Source: Naegleria gruberi
Taxonomy: Eukaryota
Assembly: GCA_000004985.1 (NCBI GenBank)
Contig: GG738847.1
Strand: one strand, 5' to 3'
Length of the DNA: 64,000 bases
Under the pieces are notes generated by a model. The model was not told the origin of the DNA and did no database searches. It saw nothing but the letters and a program-made list of their open reading frames with translations. Made by a program: the position numbers and the translations under genes. The first letter of the stretch is position 1, and each line of letters begins with the position of its first letter. Positions 42,601 through 52,673 of this stretch are shown in pieces.

Positions 42601-44089
42601 AATGCTCAGGCAACGAATTCCAATTTGAGAAATTTTATTTCCTCTGTCAACATTGACAATGGAATAATGTTTACTGAAATTGCAGATAAGACTGGTGGTC
42701 TCATTAGAAAAATAACAGCTCAATGTGATGGAAATTCAACCCTGGACTCTAGTGGAGGTAGTTGTGTCTGTAATGATGGATACACTGGAGATTCTTGCAA
42801 TGTATTCGTTTGTTATGGTTTAACTGCAACTAGTTCAGAAGTATGCTCAGGAAATGGATCGTGTATTGATGTGAATGTGTGTAAATGTAGGGATGGATTC
42901 GAAGGTTCCTCATGTAATATTGTTAAGGCTGCAAATGTCACAACAGGAGATTCATTGGGTGTGATTTTACCTGCTGTTCTCGTTCCAATATTGGTTATTT
43001 TGATTATTATTGTAATTATAATTGTAGTGGTAATCATTGTGTTTGCCACAAAAAAGAAGAAGAAGAAGGATAAGGGATTGGAAGAAACCACAGATTTTGA
43101 TGAAGTTCCAATGAGTGATTTGCCATCTGACATGTCTGTCATTTTGAGTAGCAGTTTGACAAGAAGTGTTTCATCATCAACCAATGAAGAAGAAAATCTC
43201 TTTACAAGATATCAAGATATTGTCAAGATTGGACAGGGAGCATTCGGTAGTGTTTTTAAAGTTAGAGATACCAAAGACGGAGACAAGATCAAAGCTGTTA
43301 AAGTTTTGAAATTTAATTCTGTCAGTGATTTGAATATGATTATGAAAGAAGGTGCTCAATTAACAAACGCCAAACACAACCACATTCTCAAAGTCAATGA
43401 TTATTTCATTACTAACGACAATTTACTTTGTATTGATATGGACTATTATGAAAAGGGAGATTTGTCTCAATTTACCAAAACTGATTGTCCAGAACATATT
43501 GTAAAACAAATTCTCTATCAATTATGTGATGCTTTGAGTTATGTTCATGGAACTCTTTCCATGATTCACAGAGATATCAAGCCAACTAACATTTTTGTAA
43601 AGGAATATGATGGAACAAATGTCAGTGTCATTCTTGCTGATTTTGGTTTAGCCAAACAAGCTCAAGAATCAGCTGCAAATTCATATGCTGGTACTCCACT
43701 TTGTAAGTTTTTAATTTTCCTTTTTATTTACAAATATTTCAATTAATTTTACAATTTTAATTTTTTTAATATTTCAATTGTTAATTAATAATATTTCAGA
43801 TATGAGTCCTGAACTTGGATTAGGAGGAAAATATTATCCAAACTCTGATACTTATTCACTAGGTGTTACAATTTATCAAATAATGACAAAGGACCTTACC
43901 ACATCAATCAGTCACTTGTTGTTGAATGATCCACAAAATGCTCAATCGAAATTGAGAGACAAGATGAAACAATCTAAACTGGGTTACTCAGATCAGCTTA
44001 TTGACTTGATTATTAGAATGTTGGACAAGGACAGTTTAACTAGACCTAATGCTGCAGACATTCTTTCAGATTCGTATTTCAGAAGATAA
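39613..44089 (+). CDS. Four-exon gene for a ~1400-aa receptor-like protein kinase. It has a signal anchor, NHL-repeat beta-propeller region(s), EGF-like modules, a single TM, and a cytoplasmic Ser/Thr-type kinase domain.
   Basis: Exon 1 is 39613 (ATG, MTAAVNNRKK; the ORF is open from 39511) to 40267, with donor g|GTATGT. Exon 2 is 40342-40528 (GGSGSYKDNVVPTT...TGLVGG-), with donor gg|GTAAGT. Exon 3 is 40584-43702, ending ..SYAGTPL-, with donor t|GTAAGT. Exon 4 is 43800-44089, giving the junction GTPL-Y-MSPELGLGGKYY. Phases are consistent, and intron 2 (55 nt) is anchored to the ORF track. NHL-like repeats: LYISDTFNHMIRKV...LLFIADTDNKLIRVLN. EGF: CVCNDGYTGDSCN...CKCRDGFEGSSCN. TM: ILPAVLVPILVILIIIVIIIVVVIIVF followed by KKKKKK. 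Kinase motifs: IGQGAFGSVFKV, AVKVL, HRDIKPTNIFV, DFGLAK, GTPLYMSPE. Confidence 0.8.
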
Positions 44090-44377
44090 TTAAACCGCAA
44101 TCATTTGATTACTTTCTGCACATTATTTTATTATCATTCGAATGAGTTGGTTTATTATTGGTGCTCAAATGGTTTCTTTGGAACTTCAAATATGGAAATC
44201 AATTTTTATCTCAAACAAATTGGAGAAAAATTGGTTCAATTTGGTGCATAAAGAAGAAACAATTGGATAAAAACCATTAATCACCCAATTTGAGACAATG
44301 ATGACAATGCTATTTTAAAACTTTCAATCTACAATATTGAAATATCCAACTTTAAAAAAAACAAGCAAGTTACTTCA

Positions 44378-45757
44378 ATGACTTCTATCGATTTGGAAAT
44401 AATTGATGACCCAAAGTTGGTCAATTCATATCATTCACATAAGAAACATAATCATAATGATCACCATCATTTGAATCACCATCACAAACACTCATGTCAA
44501 GAGGAGGAAGAAGAATTGCAACCTGTTGAATTGACAACTACTCGTGTTAGATTGGACAATTCAACCTTGAGGAAGATCTATCTCTCAAAGAACAAACCAT
44601 TATGGAAGGAAGCTGATTTTATCAAGATGATCATAATGATTGCCATGATTTTTGTCATGTTTGGTGCTGAACTTTCTGTTGGTATCTTGGCTGCATCTTT
44701 AACACTTCTGGCCGATTCGTTCCATATGCTTTCAGATGGAATTTCTCTAATTGTTGGTGCAGCATGCATTTGGTTGGCTAAGAAGGGACCTACTGCAAAT
44801 ATGACCTTCGGTTTTGGAAGAGCTGAAACATTGGGTGGTTTAATTAATGCTGTGTTTTTGGTGAGTGTTGTGCTGTATGTGATAATGGAATCTATTCAGA
44901 GATTTTTCATGCCAGAGAGAATTGAGGATCCAATACTTGTGTTGTGTGTTGGAGGTGCTGGTTTGTTGATTAACTTGATTGGTCTTTTTATGTTTTGTGG
45001 CCACCATCCTGGACATGACCATGATCATGGACACGAACATGACCACAAACACTCAAAGGAAGAAGACCACCAACATGAATCTCATGAACACGATCATGAA
45101 CATACTGACCCACAATCCAACAATTCTCAAAAGAAAGAACACAAAGAACACAAGCACAGATCTGAAAATATTTTTGGTGTTTTTTTACACATTTTGGGTG
45201 ATTTTCTTGGCTCAGTTGCTGTCATGATTTCCTCTGGTCTCATTCTCATATTTGACCAAAAGGATGAGCAAGGCAATTATCCAAATACATGGGTTCTCTA
45301 TGTTGACCCAGTTCTCAGTTTAGTAATGAGTGGAATCATCTTATTCACAGCTGTTCCACTATTGAAATCAACATGTAGAACCTTGTTGCAATCAGTTCCT
45401 ACAGCAGTTGACATTCCTCAATTGAAAGCAAATATATTGGAAGTGGAGGGTGTAATTTCGTGTCATGAATTGCATGTTTGGCAACTTGCTGGAAAAACTA
45501 GCGTTGCAAGTGTTCACATTCTAACATCTGAAAGCAATGAAGAGTTTATGAGAATTGTTAAACGAGTACAACAGATATTCCACAAATTCAATGTTCATGC
45601 AACAACGATTCAACCAGAGTTTATTTCACTAAATTCCATGCAAGGAAATGAATCTCAACCTTGTCATTTAATTTGCTCTCCGTCATGCTATGAACAATTT
45701 TGTTGTGCACCAAATCCAGTGGAAATGGATATTGTAGATCCATCCAATAAAGTTTAA
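44378..45757 (+). CDS. Cation diffusion facilitator (CDF / ZnT / SLC30-like) zinc transporter with a His-rich cytoplasmic loop, 459 aa.
   Basis: Six TM helices with the CDF signature (ILAASLTLLADSFHMLSDGISLIVG; HILGDFLGSVAVMIS). A His/Asp-rich loop (HHPGHDHDHGHEHDHKHSKEEDHQHESHEHDHEH). A C-terminal cytoplasmic domain with HELHVWQL. Confidence 0.85.
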   Translation: MTSIDLEIIDDPKLVNSYHSHKKHNHNDHHHLNHHHKHSCQEEEEELQPVELTTTRVRLDNSTLRKIYLSKNKPLWKEADFIKMIIMIAMIFVMFGAELSVGILAASLTLLADSFHMLSDGISLIVGAACIWLAKKGPTANMTFGFGRAETLGGLINAVFLVSVVLYVIMESIQRFFMPERIEDPILVLCVGGAGLLINLIGLFMFCGHHPGHDHDHGHEHDHKHSKEEDHQHESHEHDHEHTDPQSNNSQKKEHKEHKHRSENIFGVFLHILGDFLGSVAVMISSGLILIFDQKDEQGNYPNTWVLYVDPVLSLVMSGIILFTAVPLLKSTCRTLLQSVPTAVDIPQLKANILEVEGVISCHELHVWQLAGKTSVASVHILTSESNEEFMRIVKRVQQIFHKFNVHATTIQPEFISLNSMQGNESQPCHLICSPSCYEQFCCAPNPVEMDIVDPSNKV

Positions 45758-45768
45758 TAGCCCTTTAT

Positions 45769-46963
45769 TTAATTAAAAACTTCCCAAATTGGCCTCAATG
45801 ATTTGTATGGAATTGCAAATGGAATCTCAATGAATCCTCTAAAGATCTTCATCACATCTAATCCTGCCAACACACCAATAATTGCACCAATTTCTCCCAA
45901 AGCAGATTCAAGCGTAACAGAATGAATCTCTTCAATTTCATACTGATTCAGTGTTGCATACGCAAATGAAACTACAATGATATCTTCCTCATGTTCAGTC
46001 AATCCAATTGCTGCCAAAGAGGCTCTCTGAAAACAATCATTAATCCAATAAATCCTATTTAACAATACTTACCCATCTCATTTCTTCTCTTGTGGAGGAA
46101 CTGCTACTAGTTTCGCTAGTGCTACTTCCTTCCCCAGAAGATTTAATTGATTGAGCTTTTCTTGCTGATATACTTTCAACAGTTCCAGAGCTACCTGATT
46201 GGTGACTGTCCAAATACTTGGTATGATACTTTGTCAAAATGAAAAAATTATCAACTCCAGCCATTGCAAAATTACTTTCCGAAACTACATCAGGAACTGT
46301 TCCTTGTTTGTGAAATGAAACTTGTAATCCGTATCTAAAATAAAGATTGTTTGGCATCTTGGGAACTTTGAAAAAGAGTGAATAGGAAGCTCCATATCCA
46401 GTCAAGGAAGCTTCTGGAAGTGGATGATGGGTATCATTATTAATAACAATGCAATGAAAACTATCAATCACTGCCGAATCGTAATGCATTTCAAAGTCTA
46501 TGATAGATCCATTTTCTAAAACTCTTGTAGTATGTTCCAATGTGAGGTTACAAGTATCACAATGCTTCAAAGCATTATAATTACAAATAGTAATTGCAGG
46601 AAAAGCCATCGGAATGTGTTCAACCAATGAAAGTGAAGTCACAGGATTATGTAAGGCATGAAGGTAGTGAGTTGCCACATCATATATAAACCAAATTGTG
46701 AAGGATATCGCAGCAATCCAACAAACAAATATTATTAATTCCTGATATCTAATTCCGAAAGGTAATTTAGGAAATCCAAAATCATTCTTTTCAAATCTCT
46801 TTTTCTTCAGTGTTTTCGAATCCACTTCTCCGTCATGATTTAATGGAACAACCTTGTTAGTATTTATTGAAGCTGTCTTTTTAGCCTCTTCTTGTTGTTT
46901 GCTTTTTGATGATGCCGTAGGAATTTGATGTTGCTGCTGTTGATCCCCCACCACAGCTGCCAT
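45769..46963 (-). CDS. Two-exon gene for a DEG/ENaC (amiloride-sensitive Na+ channel / ASIC superfamily)-like two-TM channel subunit, ~385 aa.
   Basis: Exon 1 is 46963-46073 (MAAVVGDQQQQ...REEMRW), with donor TGG|GTAAGT. The intron is 46072-46027 (46 nt). Exon 2 is 46026-45769 (RASLAAIGLTEHEED...). TM1 is LIIFVCWIAAISFTIWFIY. The post-TM1 motif MAFPAITICNYN matches the family hallmark FPA(V/I)T(I/L)CN. A Cys-rich extracellular domain follows. The pre-TM2 segment LGEIGAIIGVLAGLDVMKIF resembles ASIC LLGDIGGQMGLFIGASIL. The intron is confirmed by colinear alignment to the intron-less equivalent region of the paralog at 47141. Confidence 0.75.
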
Positions 46964-47140
46964 TATTATTTCTTTTTTGTTATTTTTGAGCCAAAATCTA
47001 CAGTTAACGGTTATTAAGGTTTATAAGGGCAATTTCGCTACGTTTTAACGCCATGTACTTTACATGTTCACAAACCAAGTTGTTGGTATTCATATGTTTA
47101 TACTATGCTCATCACGAGTGCGGATTTTTGAAAAGAAAAA

Positions 47141-48246
47141 ATGTCTAATATTCATCAAGGTGTGGAATTAAAAGAAGTGGGAGCTACAGCTCTTGCAAAG
47201 GAAGAGACTGTTATTAAGGTATTGAGGATTTCAAATTCGGAAGAACAACACAAGGAAGAGGAAAAACCAAAAAGAAAAACTATTGTGCATCATCATCATG
47301 GCGATTATGAGGAAGGAGAAGAATCGGAAGCAGATTGCTTACACTCTAAAATAGGATACTCCATTAAGGATTTAATTTTAGTGTGTATTTGGTTTATATT
47401 ATTAGGGTTTTATATATGGTATCTTGTTGAATTGGCAATTTCCTTAGATGAGGAACTGAATAATCCAACAACATCAATCTCCTTTGTTGAGAAGATTCCC
47501 AAGGATTTACCTCAAGTCACAGTGTGTAATTGGAATTCATTTGAAGGTTGTGGAGGGCAGTGTAATTTAACTCTAGTTGATTGTTCGCAAGTTGACTCGG
47601 AAGGTACTCCCATCCCTTGTGTAAATCATCCTCGTTATGTTCAATATGAACAGAATGGTAATACTTTTTACTGTTATCAATATAATTATGATGAGAAGCA
47701 TCCTATTCAAGTTAAGAGTACTGGTTATGAGGGAAGTGTTTCATTGTACTTTAATTTCCCAACAATGCCTCAAACTGAGACCAATAGAAATGGCCTACAG
47801 GTGACATTTAACAAGATTGGCCATGAACCAAATGTTTTGGATGAAACCAATTATGCCTATGAGAATGTAGATAATTTCTATGTCATGACTCACGTTGTTG
47901 TTGAAACCTTGGCTAAGAATGATAATCATCAACCTGAATATTGGGATTTATCCTATTCTAGAATTGGAACTGCCACGGAAAATGTGACAGTGGTATCATT
48001 CTGTTATGCTACCTTGAATATCAATGATGTTAAGGAAGTTCAAACTGTAACAAATATTGAAATTTTTGCCAAAGTTTGTGAAATGTTATTAATCTTAGTG
48101 GTAAGTTGTTGGTGTAACAAATACTTTGTCTCATTAATATATAATCAAAGGGAATTGATTTTATCAAAGTTATAAGAGGAATTGTGCTCATCCCAGAAGC
48201 AATCAAATATAGAGAATTCAAGGAAATCTTTGAAACTTTCATCTAA
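47141..48246 (+). CDS. Two-exon paralog of the adjacent DEG/ENaC-like channel gene, ~350 aa, divergently transcribed from it.
   Basis: Exon 1 is 47141-48100 (MSNIHQGVELKE...FAKVCEMLLILV), with donor GTG|GTAAGT. The intron is 48101-48150 (50 nt). Exon 2 is 48151-48246 (GIDFIKVIRGIVLIPEAIKYREFKEIFETFI*), homologous to the partner's GLDVMKIFRGFIEIPFAIPYKSLRPIWEVFN*. TM1 is LILVCIWFILLGFYIWYLV. LPQVTVCNWNSFEGCGGQCNLTL parallels FPAITICNYNALKHCDTCNLTL. The two start codons are only ~177 bp apart (46963 / 47141). Confidence 0.75.
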
Positions 48247-49463
48247 ATTACATTTTACTGTTTGAATGATGAAGTAATGAAAATGAACAATTATTAATCA
48301 GAACATTTGATATGTGATTTGAAGAAGAAGGGAAAGAAAGTCATCAATTTTACAGATTTTTTCGTAATAAATGTTATTGTTTGCAAGATTGTTGAATATC
48401 TTGTGGTGAACCAACATGATTATCGTGTTCTCTTGTTGAATATCAAAATTAATAACTTGAAAATATTCTAGTTTGCCAAACAAAATTTTCCTTTAATTTA
48501 ATCGTTGCCTTTTAAAATTCAAATCCAATAAAATCAACTTTACACATTCCATATAATCCTATCCTATTGTCCTGAAAATATTTTGCACTGAGATGAAGAA
48601 TTGCCTTTGAAAATCATAATAGATGTGATGAATTTTTTAATTAATGTATTTTTTTTCAAAAATAACAAACAAATTCAATTCCTATTCAACAAAATTAAAA
48701 GAAGAATATCTAAAACTTGTAGCAATATGATTAGAAGAAAAGTTTCAAATATTAAAATTAAACTCCAAATGTAAGATATTAAATATACACTTGAGCCGAG
48801 AATCAACCCTGCATAGCATGAAATTCCAACTTGGTAAATTGACAACGTGACGATAATTTGATGAAAATATATGGAGTTTATTAGTGATTTAAATAATAGT
48901 ACTAGAAGAGTGTATTCAAGTTGGTGATATGTATGTTAAAAAATTCACATGTACCTATCCCTATCATATCTTGACCAAGATTGATCAGAGAAATACTCCT
49001 ACCTACTATTGACCATTCCGAACAATGCTACATTAACAGTTTTCCAGCTTGTCCAGTAGATACAGTAGTGATGATGAATTTAGTGAAAATTTTGACATTT
49101 CACCAAAATTACATTACTAAAAATTAATTTCCACAAATAATACTATTATTATTTTGATGGCAAACAACATTGATGATGTGAATGATCCGATGATTAAACA
49201 CCAACTTGTGATTTTCCATTATGAAAAATAAATTCCAATTTCATGATGATAATTCACCAATAAAAATTACTATTATTACTACTATTTAGATGATGTTGAG
49301 ATGATGATGTGAAAGTTTGGTTGTTTAGTGATGTAAAACCACTCCGAAAATCAGCAGTTGTTTGTTGAAGTTTGGTTGGTATTTTTTTCAACTTCCTAAA
49401 ACACTTTTCGTCCGATAAGGCAATAAATTCGTTGGACCTTTCTTGGACTCATCACAAAAAAAA

Positions 49464-52383
49464 ATGAGATTAAAGGTGGTGAAACGTATTGTTTCCTCTT
49501 CTGCTAGTGGATCCTCACCAACATTGCGAAAATATTCATCATCCGGATCAATTAAATTATCTACCACAACTATTTCTTCTGCATCATCATCATCCAGTGT
49601 TGGTGCTAATACAATTGTTGGCTCCTACTCTTCATCGGCAGATCATCATCAGGAATTATTTATTTGTTTTTATCATGAAACAACAGAGAGATGGATTGTC
49701 TTGACAGATTTGATTAATCACTTATCTACCATGTCAATATTTTGGAATGATTCACAGAGTATGGATGAACCTCCATCACCTTCTAAAATTCTATCATCGG
49801 GTGAGTTTTTCCAAGTGTTTAGTTAATTAATTTATTATGGGTAATTTGAATATTGATACATGGATGTTAATGTGTATGAATTGTGAATTTTTGTGATTAA
49901 TATAGGGTGTATGGGACATCATAAAGATCATTTAGAATTGATCAAATCTTCTATGGAGAAGAATTCACGTATTGGTTCTGATATGTGTGAATTTTTGAAG
50001 TTCTACAAGGAACATGGTGATCAGATCAAGGCATTCCTTCTTCATTGTCCTGAGTTGACCATTGAATTGAAGGATTTGTTGAGAAAGAACAAACATAGAG
50101 ATATGTTTATTGATGGAACCGAATTCAGTGATGCAAAAACATCAACAGATGTTGCCTCTGACTGTCCATATCAAGATTTATTACCTTTCAAACCAAAATC
50201 CTTCAGGGACGCTTCATTGTGGCTTTCACATAATATTAGAGCAGCAAGAGGATTGGCAAAGATGACACTTCCACTTGCTTATTATTCTGTAATTTTCCCA
50301 TTTGAGAATATCTTTCCAAGGATTACATTCCCAGTTTTCAATCCTTCAAAATCATTCTTTGATCATCCAATTTTCTATATTGGAAATCCATTGACAATGT
50401 ATGGAAATGGGGCTGAGATTCCATATCCACATTTTTGTAAGAATTTGGACTATGAATTGGAAGTTGGAGCATATCTTATTAAACAAATTAGAAATGCCAG
50501 TGCTGAAGAAGCTGAAAATGCAATTGGTGGATTTGTCTTATTGAATGATTTTTCAGATCGTAGTAATCAATTTAGAGAAATGGTAAGTTTCTATTGGTTT
50601 TTAAGTACATTGTTTGAATTAAAATCCACAGACCAAGGACAGATTTGGACCATACAAATGTAAATCATTTGGTACAGGGTTGGGCACTGTTGTAGTTACA
50701 CCTGATGAATTGAGAGATGAATGGAAGAATGGTGTTCAAGGACAGGTGTTGATTAATGGTAAGAAAGTTGCTCAAAGTGATAGAGTCACTCTCATCAATA
50801 ATGGAGTTGATAAGCAATACGGAGAGGCTCCATATTATACATTTGGAGAAACTATTGCTTATATTTCTTCATCGGAGACAATCTATCCAGGTGAGTTGGT
50901 TGGATCTGGTACATTGCCAAATCTTGCTGGTATTGAAAACGACATATCACTCAAGGAGGGTGACAGTGTCACTCTTTCTATGGAACCTTTTGGAAAATTG
51001 ACTCACAAAATTGGCCAGAAAGAGGAAATTCCAGAAAATCATTGGAGGAGTACACAAAAGAGAGCCAGAAGAACCAAGCCAACCAGTGCCTGTTTGACAT
51101 TTTTGATGTACTTGTGCTTCTTCTTATCAATTCTAATTGGATTTTTGTTTTATACACCACCAAGTGTTGATACTCCGCAATGGGATGTACCAAAATCTGT
51201 TCCTTTTGACAAGTTGTCTGCTCCAATCTATAACATTCAACATTCTCTAAATTTGGATCCACTATATTCGAAAGGTTTTTACTCTTCACCTGAATCTACC
51301 TTGATTCGAAATGGATATTTGTACAGCGGTCTGTCGGATGGTACTATTAGCAGAGTGAAAGTTTTGGCCAGAAAATCAACTAGTGGCTCCACAGAGTTTG
51401 ATTTTGGAACACCAGAAATTGTCATATCAATGAGGGTTTTAGGTAAGGAGCCAATAACTCTAGAGGAATGTCGAATTGGAAAGAAAGAAAGCGAAAACAA
51501 ATGTGGTCGTCCACTCCAACTCAAATTTGATGGAAGAGGAGCTCTATATGTTGCCGATGCTGTTTTTGGACTCGTAAAGGTTTATTCAAAGAATTCAGAA
51601 GATATTGAAACTAAAGGTGGTTCTTTGGCTAGTGATCTTCAAGTTGACAGATTGGCCAATATTCCATTCGCTAATACTCTCGTTATTCAAGAGCCATACA
51701 TTTATATTACCATGACTTCTTCAAAGTTTGGAAGAAATGAACATATACTCGAAGTTTTGGATGGTGGTGGCAATGGAGCTCTATTCAGATATGACATGAG
51801 AAATGGAGCTACTGAAACTTTGATCAATGAATTGCACTTCCCTAATGGTATGGTCTTCTACAAGAATTCACTTTATTTCGCTGAATTGACTAGATATAGA
51901 ATTACTAGATATGAACTCACCACACGTAAAGTAACTGTTCACATGGATAACTTGTCATGCATTCCAGATAATTTCTCTTTCATTACCAAGAATGAAAAAC
52001 CACACGTTTGGATTGGATGTTCAGGACCTCGTATCCCATTCTTGGATTTCCTCCATAAAAATCCAATCGCTGCCAAGCAACTTTCCAAAATCAAAGCTAT
52101 AATGGAACCAATACTCTCTTTCATTAGAAAACCAATTGGCCATGCCCTTCAAGTTAATTTGGAGGATAAAAAAGTGAGTAGAGTATTGCAAGATTTGAGT
52201 GGAAAGCATTTCCATCTGATCAGTGAGGTAATTGCTGCTAATCTTGTGCCATCTAACAATTCTGAATGGCCTTTACAATTTGAGGAAGCACATGAAGATT
52301 CTCCTTCCCAAAATTATTACATTATCGGAAATGTTAATTATGGAGCTAAATTGTCTATTGTTAATCCAGTCGAATCTGAATAA
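49464..52383 (+). CDS. Three-exon gene (~920 aa): a fumarylacetoacetase (FAH)-like hydrolase region fused in-frame to a TM segment and a strictosidine-synthase-like (APMAP/hemomucin-type SSL) beta-propeller domain.
   Basis: Exon 1 is 49464-49800 (MRLKVVKRIV...ILSSG-), with donor g|GTGAGT. Exon 2 is 49906-50582 (..GCMGHHKDHL...FVLLNDFSDRSNQFREM), with donor ATG|GTAAGT. The intron is 50583-50631 (49 nt). Exon 3 is 50632-52383 (TKDRFGPYKCKSFGTGLGTVVVTPDEL...). FAH-like matches: CKNLDYELEVGAYLIK versus CKLLDMELEMAFFVGP; FVLLNDFSDRSNQFREM-TKDRFGPYKCKSFGTGLGTVV versus [41 protein letters not shown] versus PGDLLASGT. Then TM ACLTFLMYLCFFLSILIGFLFY. Then SSL-like GRGALYVADAVFGLVKVY ... GGGNGALFRYDMRNGATETLINELHFPNGMVFYKNSLYFAELTRYRITRYEL. 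There is no stop between the two halves. Confidence 0.7.
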
Positions 52384-52673
52384 ATTTCAGCTTCGTTACA
52401 CCCCACTATCAACATTCCACTGTGTAACTGCGGAAAACGTTGTGTTGTACAAAATGCTAAAATTTATTTCGATTTCCATTAAGTCCTTTCAAATTATGCT
52501 TATCCGGTATTCCATGTTATATTATTGCTCACAAATTTATTAAGGTAATGTAATTTCTTTTCAAAAAATAACATTAGTAAGTGCGCCCTTGCTGGTAATC
52601 CTTGTGGAAGCGCTTAATTTACATCTTAAAAAAAACCAACACGCAAACCAGGCTTTCACACTCTCCACATAAA

